Positions 37,252-44,668 of a stretch of 64,000 nt of DNA are shown piece after piece. The stretch lies in NCBI GenBank assembly GCA_033549025.1, contig JAWSUS010000003.1, positions 32,001 to 96,000 on the forward strand. The letters run 5' to 3'. The notes under the pieces were generated by a model that saw nothing but the letters and a program-made list of their open reading frames with translations, had not been told where the DNA came from and did not search any database. This DNA comes from Desulfuromonadales bacterium (GTDB taxonomy: Bacteria > Desulfobacterota > Desulfuromonadia > Desulfuromonadales > SZUA-540). The translations under genes were made by a program, and so were the position numbers. The stretch's first letter is position 1. Every line of letters starts with the position of its first letter.

Positions 37252-38523
37252 TTACTTGGAAGCTTCCTGATAGGCCAGTTCCTCTTCCTCGACGCCAACA
37301 GTTGCCGGCACTTCGACGGCCACTTCGGCCTTTTTGGGGCGAAGCGACAGGGACATCATGGCGCCAACCAGCAGCATGACACCGGCCACCATGAAGGAGG
37401 TGGTGAAGCCGCCGAACTTGGCATTGAGAGCCGCCGACAGTTTGACCAGAACGAAGGCCCCGATACCCCAGGCGGAGAACAGGATACCGTAGTTCATGCC
37501 GTAGTTTTTAAAGCCCCAGTAATCCTTGGCGAAGGAGGGGAAGAGGGACAGGTTGGTGCCGTAGTTAAAGCCGATGAAGGTGGCCAGCAGGGTGACGATA
37601 ACGGCGCTCGAATTGGTGTTGCCCACGACCGAAATGGCACCGAACATGAGGATGGCCTGGAAGACCAGCATGATGGTCAGGGTGGTGGCCCGGCCGATTT
37701 TGTCGGAAAGGACACCGGCCACAACGCGACCGGCAGCGTTACCCACGGCCATGACGGCCACGGCGATAAAGGCCATCTCGCCCATGCTCTGCTTGGCGAT
37801 ACCGGCGATGCTGCCGATGACCATCAGGCCGGCGCCGGCACCGATGAAGTAGGTCAGCCACAGGGTGTAGAAGCGGCCTTCACGCAGCATTTCGCCAGGT
37901 GTCTTCTCCACCGCGGAACTTTTCTTGGCGGCGGCGGGGGCAGAACCGGCCGGGACATAACCTGCGGGCGGGTTGGCGACCAGCAGGGCCATGCCGCAAA
38001 CGATGACGATGAAAGCGATGCCGAGGATCATCATGGTGCTGTGCAGACCATAGCTGCCCAACAGGTACTTGCTCAGCGGTGCCAGGTAGACCGGGGCGAT
38101 ACCGAAACCGGAGACGACGATACCGGCGATCAGGCCCGTTTTGGCCGAAGAGAACCATTTGAGAGCGGGGGGCGTGGCGGCCGAGTATCCGAAACCGAAA
38201 CCGAGGCCGGACAGCACGCCAAAACCGAAAATCCAACCCCAATAGCTGGAAGTCTGGGAACAGACGAGAAAGCCGGCGCCGACCAGAAGGCCACCGACAA
38301 TAGCGGTCATGCGGGGACCGACCTTGTCCTGCATCTTGCCGCCGATAATCATGGACAGGGCAAAGGCCAGGCAGGCGGTCGCATAGGGGTCGCCGGCGCC
38401 ATCAAACAGCTTGGCGATGTCTCCCTTGAGCATGCTGTACGCATAAAGAATACCCAGAGCCAGGTTTATTCCGGTCCCGGCCAAAACAACGGTCCAACCT
38501 CTACTGCTCGACTGTTCAGACAT
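37252..38523 (-). CDS. OFA-family (oxalate/formate antiporter-like) MFS transporter
   Basis: RGWTVVLAGTGINLALGILYAYS, GKMQDKVGPR, PPALKWF, GNAAGR..G..SDKIGR and NYGILF motifs; GAGGAG RBS before ATG 38523. Confidence 0.92.
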   Translation of the reverse strand: MSEQSSSRGWTVVLAGTGINLALGILYAYSMLKGDIAKLFDGAGDPYATACLAFALSMIIGGKMQDKVGPRMTAIVGGLLVGAGFLVCSQTSSYWGWIFGFGVLSGLGFGFGYSAATPPALKWFSSAKTGLIAGIVVSGFGIAPVYLAPLSKYLLGSYGLHSTMMILGIAFIVIVCGMALLVANPPAGYVPAGSAPAAAKKSSAVEKTPGEMLREGRFYTLWLTYFIGAGAGLMVIGSIAGIAKQSMGEMAFIAVAVMAVGNAAGRVVAGVLSDKIGRATTLTIMLVFQAILMFGAISVVGNTNSSAVIVTLLATFIGFNYGTNLSLFPSFAKDYWGFKNYGMNYGILFSAWGIGAFVLVKLSAALNAKFGGFTTSFMVAGVMLLVGAMMSLSLRPKKAEVAVEVPATVGVEEEELAYQEASK

Positions 38524-38874
38524 TTTTCTCTCCTCTGTCATGGGTGAAATATAGGCTTCGTGATAATGAGCCGTGACGTATCGCAACTGAAAAGACAAGG
38601 GCCAACGAGATTTAAAGGGGATATTGATGGGGGCCTCTTTCCGACCCGCCGTCGCCGCACTAACCTGTGGGGTCATGGCCGCGAGACCGGGCCGGGGCAT
38701 TTCTGACTGCGGTTCCGGCAGGGAACCAACGCGCTCGGCGAGTTCCTGATATTTGGCGCACTCCCTGAACCGGCAGTTACAGAACGCGACGATGGTTTTC
38801 ACATCGTGCGGCGAAATGTAACCGCAACCCACATCGCAATAATCTTCGTTCTGGCGGAAATAGGGACAAACCAT
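38524..38874 (-). CDS. Cys-rich module open in frame with the OFA transporter (N-terminal extension or small upstream protein)
   Basis: ATG 38874 with GGAG RBS; MVCPYFRQNEDYCDVGCGYISPHDVKTIVAFCNCRFRECAKY; no stop before the MFS start. Confidence 0.6.
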
Positions 38875-38941
38875 CGTGAACCTGCTCCAATAGGAGGTTG
38901 TCAGTTCGGGCCAATCGGTGGCCGTGTTGTATACCTCATAG

Positions 38942-38957
38942 AGCAACCGCCATACCA
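38942..38957 (-). promoter_or_regulatory. putative sigma54 promoter of Cys-module/OFA transporter
   Basis: Minus strand TGGTATGGCGGTTGCT = GG-N10-GC; AT-rich tract at 38960-39020 upstream. Confidence 0.78.
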
Positions 38958-39056
38958 ATGTTTGATTTTTACTCAATAAAAATATTTTTCTTATTATTTC
39001 CAAATACTTACAATTATCAAACCGTGACAGTTCAAGCCCCGCTCTATCCCGGAAAA

Positions 39057-39221
39057 TTTGCACGAATGCAAAAGGCCGGGCGGCGACCGAGACGTGATGG
39101 ATCGCTGTGAAATGTGCATCAAATCGGTGCCACAAGGGGGCTGAGGAGAAATCGGTGTCAGCCAAATCGGCTTTTCGCGACTCCGCAATCAGCCGCATCC
39201 GGCCTTTTGCAGTTTTGCAAA
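39057..39221. promoter_or_regulatory. enhancer-like palindromes TTTGCA-N4-TGCAAA
   Basis: TTTGCACGAATGCAAA 39057-39072, degenerate TTCGCGACTCCGCAAT 39174-39189, TTTGCAGTTTTGCAAA 39206-39221. Confidence 0.75.
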
Positions 39222-39279
39222 AAAAATCGACGTAAGCCGGGAGTCACAGGAGGGGGAAAGGGATCGAGGGAGGCTGAAC

Positions 39280-39310
39280 AAAAACGCCACCCCCAACGGA
39301 GGTGGCGTTT
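39280..39310 (-). terminator. intrinsic terminator of efpL
   Basis: AAACGCCACC / GGTGGCGTTT inverted repeat with a T-tract on the minus strand. Confidence 0.75.
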
Positions 39311-39334
39311 AAAAGAACCTGTTGGCAGGAAAAA

Positions 39335-39898
39335 TCAGGCGCGAGAGACGAAACGCCCTTCGCGGGTGTCCACCTTGACGCGCTCGCCGGCTTCGAGGTA
39401 ACCGGGAACCTGGATGTGCATGCCCGTCTCAAGCACCGCATCCTTGGTCTGGGCCGTAGCCGTGGCGTTCTTGATCGCCGGGGCGGTTTCGGTGACCAGC
39501 AGTTCGACGATCATGGGGGGATCGACGCTCACGACCCGCCCTTCAAAGACACCGAGCTGCACGTCGGCGCCCTCCAGCAGAAAACCCTTGATCGGCTCAA
39601 AGAGTTCTTCATCCAACTCGTACTGCTCGTAGTTTTCCAGGTCCATAAAGACGCCGCCATCCCCGGAAGGATAGAGAAATTGCCCTTTGCGCCGTTCAAA
39701 ATCGGCTTCATCGGCCTTGTCTCCCGCCTTGAAGGTCTTTTCCAGCACCTGGCCAGTAAGCAGATTGCGATACTTGGTTTTGACCAGGGTATTGCCGCCG
39801 CGGGCGGAAGGCGATTGGGTGGTCAGATCCAGAATAAGACAGGGGGCGTTATCCAGCTGAATAACGAGGCCCCGTTTGAAATCGGCAGTGGTGATCAT
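39335..39898 (-). CDS. efpL: elongation factor P-like protein (EfpL/YeiP type, Arg loop)
   Basis: EF-P fold motifs (FMDLENYEQ, LETG..IQVP, VDTR) with loop QSPSARGG; ATG 39898 with AAGGAG RBS. Confidence 0.85.
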   Translation of the reverse strand: MITTADFKRGLVIQLDNAPCLILDLTTQSPSARGGNTLVKTKYRNLLTGQVLEKTFKAGDKADEADFERRKGQFLYPSGDGGVFMDLENYEQYELDEELFEPIKGFLLEGADVQLGVFEGRVVSVDPPMIVELLVTETAPAIKNATATAQTKDAVLETGMHIQVPGYLEAGERVKVDTREGRFVSRA

Positions 39899-40091
39899 GA
39901 TTGACTCCTTCACGGAAAATTGAGTGCGACGGCAGAATGTATCACAGAGGCTTCCCAAAAAACAATCGGGCCGCTCAGGAAATTTTCAGTGACAAAACAG
40001 GCACTCCTGTGATTAAATGCGCAATTTCCGAGGCATGATATTCGCACCTGTTTCCACATAAAAAAAATATATACGCGAAGGAGAACGTTCC

Positions 40092-40655
40092 ATGTACACC
40101 TGTGCCGACCTTAAAAAAGGCCTCAAGCTGATGATTGACGGCGAACCTTACGTGATCGTCCAATTTGACTTCACCAAGCCCGGCAAGGGGCAGGCCCTTT
40201 ACAAGTGCAAACTGCGCAACATGATCACCGGCTCCCTCTTCGACCGCACCTACCGCTCCGGTGAGAGCTTCGAGCCCGCCGCCCTGGAAGACCGCGACAT
40301 GCAGTACCTTTACCAGGACGAAGAAGGCTACGTCTTCATGGACAACAAGAGCTTCGAACAGGTTACCCTGACCGAAGAAACCCTGGGCGACGACAAGTAC
40401 TTCCTCAAAGACAACATGGAAGTGAAGATCCTTCTGTATAACGGCCGCGGCATCGGCATCACCCTGCCGAATTTTGTCAACCTGCGCGTTACCCAGGCCG
40501 ACCCCTGGGTCAAGGGGGATACCGCTGCCGGCAACAACAAACCCGCCACGGTCGAAAGCGGCTACAACCTGGCGGTCCCCTCCTTTGTCGAGGAAGGGGA
40601 TCTCATTCAGATCGACACCCGCACCGGCGACTACGTCACCCGCGTCAAGGAATAA
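40092..40655 (+). CDS. efp: elongation factor P (Lys type)
   Basis: KPGKGQA loop, FMDNKSFEQ, KGDTA and IDTRTG motifs. Confidence 0.97.
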   Translation: MYTCADLKKGLKLMIDGEPYVIVQFDFTKPGKGQALYKCKLRNMITGSLFDRTYRSGESFEPAALEDRDMQYLYQDEEGYVFMDNKSFEQVTLTEETLGDDKYFLKDNMEVKILLYNGRGIGITLPNFVNLRVTQADPWVKGDTAAGNNKPATVESGYNLAVPSFVEEGDLIQIDTRTGDYVTRVKE

Positions 40656-40661
40656 ATCAGG

Positions 40662-41573
40662 ATGGACCCGAACTGGGCTCTGACCAGAAAACGTCTGAAC
40701 CTTGAAAAAAGAGCCCGGATTCTGCACAGAATCCGGGCCTTTTTTATGGAAGCCGGCTATCTCGAGGTGAGCACCCCCCATCGCGTACCCACCAATGCCC
40801 CCGAGAGCACTATCGATGCCGTGGCCAGCGAGGGCTGGTACCTGCACACCTCGCCGGAGCTCTGCATGAAGCGCCTGCTGGCGGCCGGTTACGAGCGGAT
40901 TTTCCAGATCTGTCCCTGCTGGCGACGTCAGGAGAGGGGAAGCCGCCATCTCCCCGAGTTCACCATGCTTGAATGGTACGGTGCCGCCAAGGATTACCAG
41001 GGTCTCATGGAGGAATGCGAAGCCCTACTGACCTGCCTGGTTCCCGACGGCACTCTGCGCTGGCAAGGACAGTCGCTGCAATTGACGCCTCCGTGGGAGC
41101 GGCTGACCGTCCGTGAGGCCTTTCGCCGGTACGGCTCCATCAGCCTGGAGCAGGCCCTGGCAACGGACACCTTCGACGAGGTGATCGCTTTTGAGATCGA
41201 ACCGAAGCTGGGCCGTGAACGACCGACTTTCCTCATCGAGTATCCGGCCGAACTGGCGGCCCTGGCCCGCCGCAAACCGGGACATCCGGAAGTGGCGGAA
41301 CGCTTTGAACTTTATGTCCTGGGGATGGAACTGGCCAATGCCTTCTCGGAGCTGACCGATGCCCCCGAACAGCGCCAGCGTTTTGAGGCCGAGGAGGCCA
41401 GGCGGCAAGCCGCCGGCAAGCCCCCTTACCCGCCGGCGGAGAAATTTCTGGCGGAGCTGCCGCTTATGCCGGAAGCGGCAGGCATTGCCCTCGGCCTCGA
41501 CCGGCTCGTCATGCTGTTGGCCGATACCCGCACCATCGACGAGGTTGTCGCGTTCACCCCGGAGGAGCTGTGA
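40662..41573 (+). CDS. epmA: EF-P beta-lysine ligase
   Basis: LHTSPELCMKRLLAAG, PEFTMLEWY, ELANAFSELTD and GIALGLDRL; no anticodon-binding domain; adjacent to efp. Confidence 0.93.
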   Translation: MDPNWALTRKRLNLEKRARILHRIRAFFMEAGYLEVSTPHRVPTNAPESTIDAVASEGWYLHTSPELCMKRLLAAGYERIFQICPCWRRQERGSRHLPEFTMLEWYGAAKDYQGLMEECEALLTCLVPDGTLRWQGQSLQLTPPWERLTVREAFRRYGSISLEQALATDTFDEVIAFEIEPKLGRERPTFLIEYPAELAALARRKPGHPEVAERFELYVLGMELANAFSELTDAPEQRQRFEAEEARRQAAGKPPYPPAEKFLAELPLMPEAAGIALGLDRLVMLLADTRTIDEVVAFTPEEL

Positions 41574-41575
41574 TC

Positions 41576-42520
41576 ATGAAAAAATGGACGGTATTTTCCA
41601 GTGTCTCTCGTTGCGTTTTACGACCAGGCCTTCTGTTTTTGTTGGTTCTGCTGGTATTGCCTGTGAGCAGTGGAGCCGAAGAGAATGCCCACACGGAAGG
41701 CGTCCCGGCCGACGCCCTCACCGCGCCCGTGGAATCAGCCATTACCCAGCGGCGGGCCTTCGAAAAAAAGATGTCGTCCAGCCGCTTCGCCATCATGCCT
41801 CACAAACAGAACTATCTGCTACCCGCCACCTATAATTCTTCGGTCAACGACGAACCCTACACGGGCACGGACCGCAACCTGGAACTTAAGGAAATAGAGG
41901 TCAAATTTCAGGTCAGCTTCAAAACGCCTCTGTGGGAGCGCATCGCCGGCCGGGGCACCCTGTACGCCGGCTACACTCAGCAATCCCATTGGCAGGCCTA
42001 CAACAGCGACGCCTCCTCCCCCTTTCGGGAAACGAACTATCAACCTGAAATCTTCCTCACCTTTGACAACGACTATTCCCTGCTGGGAGTGCGCAACCGT
42101 CTCATCACCTTGGGCTTCGAACACCAGTCCAACGGACGCAGCGAGCCCCTTTCCCGCAGCTGGAACCGTCTCTACGCCCAATTCGCCTTTGAGCGGGGCA
42201 ACCTCTATTTCGCCCTGCGCCCCTGGTATCGCATCCCCGAAAGCCGTTCCAGCGACGACAACCCTGACATCCACAAATACATGGGCTACGGAGAATTCAA
42301 TGCGGTTTACACCTGGGGGAACCACCGCTTCGGCCTCATGCTGCGCAACAACTTTCGCTCGGAAAACTACGGCGCCGTCCAGGTCGACTGGAGTTTTCCC
42401 CTGCACCCCCGCTTCGATGGCTACATCCAGTATTTCAACGGCTACGGCGAAAGCCTGATCGACTACAACCATTCCACCAACCGTATTGGCGTAGGAATCA
42501 TTATCGCCAACTGGCTGTAA
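41576..42520 (+). CDS. pldA: outer-membrane phospholipase A
   Basis: EVKFQVSFK, YTQQSHWQ, SSPFRETNYQPE, HQSNG...SRSWNR and GYGESLIDYN motifs. Confidence 0.95.
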   Translation: MKKWTVFSSVSRCVLRPGLLFLLVLLVLPVSSGAEENAHTEGVPADALTAPVESAITQRRAFEKKMSSSRFAIMPHKQNYLLPATYNSSVNDEPYTGTDRNLELKEIEVKFQVSFKTPLWERIAGRGTLYAGYTQQSHWQAYNSDASSPFRETNYQPEIFLTFDNDYSLLGVRNRLITLGFEHQSNGRSEPLSRSWNRLYAQFAFERGNLYFALRPWYRIPESRSSDDNPDIHKYMGYGEFNAVYTWGNHRFGLMLRNNFRSENYGAVQVDWSFPLHPRFDGYIQYFNGYGESLIDYNHSTNRIGVGIIIANWL

Positions 42521-42538
42521 GTCGTCTCGTTCCTGCCG

Positions 42539-43585
42539 CTAGCCGCAAGCCCCGTTGGGAAAGCGTACCAGCTCGCCTTCGGCCGTGCGGATCAGGATTT
42601 CATCCCCCATTTTTTCCACAGCCTGGGGCACAATCGGAACCTTCCCCTTGCCGCCCGGCAGATCGATGACATAGTGGGGAATGGCCAATCCCGACACCTG
42701 CCCGCGCAGGGCTTTGAGAATATCGATTCCCTCCTCTACCCGCGTGCGAAAGTGCCGGGTGCCGCTCACCAGATCCATCTGGTGCAGGTAGTAGGGCCGC
42801 ACCCGGAGGCGCAGCAGTCCTCTGAACAGTTCCGTCATCACCTCGGCATCATCGTTGACCCCCTTAAGCAGCACCGTCTGATTGCCCAGCACCACGCCGG
42901 CATCGGCCAGACGGCGGCAAGCCTCGGCCGCGGCGGGAGTAAGCTCGCGGGGATGATTGAAATGGGTGTTCAGATAGAGAGGGGCAAAGCGGCGCAGCAC
43001 CTTGCAGAGCCCGTCGGTGATGCGGTCGGGCAGGGTCACCGGCATGCGGGTGCCGATGCGAATGATCTCCACGTGGGGGATGGCGCGCAGGCGGCCGAGG
43101 ATGTCTTCGAGCAGCAGATCCGACATCATCAGGGGATCGCCGCCGGAGAGGAGAACATCACGCACCTTGGGGTTTCTGGCGATGTAGGCGATGCCGTCGA
43201 GCACCTCGTGGAAAGAGACCCGCATGGACGGACAGCCCACCTTGCGCTTGCGCGTGCAAAAACGGCAGTAGGTGGCACAGGTGCCGCTGACCAGAAACAG
43301 CACCCGGTCCGGATAGCGGTGCACGATGGCCGGGACGGGGGAAAGGACCTCTTCGTCCAGCGGGTCCGCCAGATCCTCGTCTGCCGCCAGTTCCGCCGCG
43401 TCCGGCACGCATTGCCGCCAGATGGGGTCGCCGGCCTCCCGGACCAGGTCCAGATAATAGGGGGTAATGCGCAGAGGATAACGGCTGGCGACCCGGTCCG
43501 TTTCAACGGGATCCAGCTCGAAGCGCCGGGCCAGTTCAGCCGGGCTCGTGATTGATTCCTTCAGTTGCTGCTGCCAGATTTCCAT
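42539..43585 (-). CDS. KamA/EpmB-family radical SAM lysine 2,3-aminomutase
   Basis: HRYPDRVL, CATYCRFC, LSGGDPL, HFNHPRE, NQTVLLKGVND and PGGKGK motifs; 348 aa. Confidence 0.9.
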   Translation of the reverse strand: MEIWQQQLKESITSPAELARRFELDPVETDRVASRYPLRITPYYLDLVREAGDPIWRQCVPDAAELAADEDLADPLDEEVLSPVPAIVHRYPDRVLFLVSGTCATYCRFCTRKRKVGCPSMRVSFHEVLDGIAYIARNPKVRDVLLSGGDPLMMSDLLLEDILGRLRAIPHVEIIRIGTRMPVTLPDRITDGLCKVLRRFAPLYLNTHFNHPRELTPAAAEACRRLADAGVVLGNQTVLLKGVNDDAEVMTELFRGLLRLRVRPYYLHQMDLVSGTRHFRTRVEEGIDILKALRGQVSGLAIPHYVIDLPGGKGKVPIVPQAVEKMGDEILIRTAEGELVRFPNGACG

Positions 43586-43640
43586 CGATGACGCCAGACT
43601 CCCTCTACCTCGCGCCTTGGCCGTCCAGGCAAGGCACGTG

Positions 43641-43668
43641 AAAAGGGCGCCCCTTGCGGCGGCGCCCT
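43641..43668 (-). terminator. terminator-like hairpin
   Basis: AGGGCGCC / GGCGCCCT with TTTT on the minus strand. Confidence 0.55.
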
Positions 43669-43701
43669 GTGTGCTTTTATTCGTACGGTCAGGCAGGTCT
43701 T

Positions 43702-44568
43702 CTACCGGCGCAGCACCTTGATCACCGCGGAGAAATCCTCCTCGCCTCGACCATCCTTGACCGCCTGTTCGTACACCTTGAGAACAGCGTCGTTGGCCGG
43801 CAGGTCGAGGTTGGCCTTGTCCGCCACATCCTTGACGATCTGCAATCCCTCGAAGACGTACTTGAGGGCCAGATTGCGGGAAAAATCGCCGCGGGCGATG
43901 GATCGTCCCTTGGAATGCAGCAACGGAGAGGCCACCCCACCCGAGTCGAGAACCTCGAGGATGCGATCGGCGGAAAAACCGAGCTTTTCACCGAAGACCA
44001 GGCCTTCAGCCAGCCCTTCAACGAGTTGGGCCTGCACCAGATTGACCACGAATTTCATGCGGGTGGCTGAGCCGACTTCGCCGACATGAATGACGTTGAG
44101 CGCGAAGAAAGAAAAGGGTTCGCGACAGCGGCCCAGCAGGGTCGGGTCGCCGCCGGTGAGAATGGTAAGCAGGCCGTTGGCGGCGTGCTCCTTGGTTCCC
44201 CAGACGGGCGCTTCCAGGAACATGACCCGACGGCTCGCCGCCTCTTCCGCCAGTTCCATGGTCGTCTCCAGCGAATGGGTCCCCATATCCACAAGAATAG
44301 TGCCCGGATCGATCCCCTTGAGAAAGCCGGTTTCGGCCGAAAGAGCGGCTTCCCACTCCTCTTTTTCCGGCAGGATGACGATAACCAGATCCTTGCCCTT
44401 GGCCGCCTCCATGGCGCTGGACGCCCCCTTGGCCCCCCGCTTCTCCAGTTCGCTGACCGCGTCGGCATTATTGTCAAAAACGGTAAGATTGTAGTTCCCC
44501 TTCAGCAGGTTGATCGCCATGTGTTTGCCGACCGTCCCGAGTCCAACAAAACCAACCTCTTTAATCAT
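43702..44568 (-). CDS. NAD(P)-dependent beta-hydroxyacid dehydrogenase (3-hydroxyisobutyrate dehydrogenase family)
   Basis: GFVGLGTVG, EAPVWG, MKFVVN and DFSAV motifs. Confidence 0.88.
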   Translation of the reverse strand: MIKEVGFVGLGTVGKHMAINLLKGNYNLTVFDNNADAVSELEKRGAKGASSAMEAAKGKDLVIVILPEKEEWEAALSAETGFLKGIDPGTILVDMGTHSLETTMELAEEAASRRVMFLEAPVWGTKEHAANGLLTILTGGDPTLLGRCREPFSFFALNVIHVGEVGSATRMKFVVNLVQAQLVEGLAEGLVFGEKLGFSADRILEVLDSGGVASPLLHSKGRSIARGDFSRNLALKYVFEGLQIVKDVADKANLDLPANDAVLKVYEQAVKDGRGEEDFSAVIKVLRR

Positions 44569-44668
44569 GGATTTCCTCCCATTTCATGCCCGCAGAATTG
44601 AAAACAGTCTGTATATTATACCCAGTCACCGGGAAAAACAACCGCTATGACCCCGCCTACCGCCTCTT

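Noticed and set aside
38875..39198. Further upstream extension of the OFA ORF to 39198
   Set aside because: It runs through the sigma54 promoter, AT-rich tract and enhancer sites, so it lies upstream of the predicted TSS.
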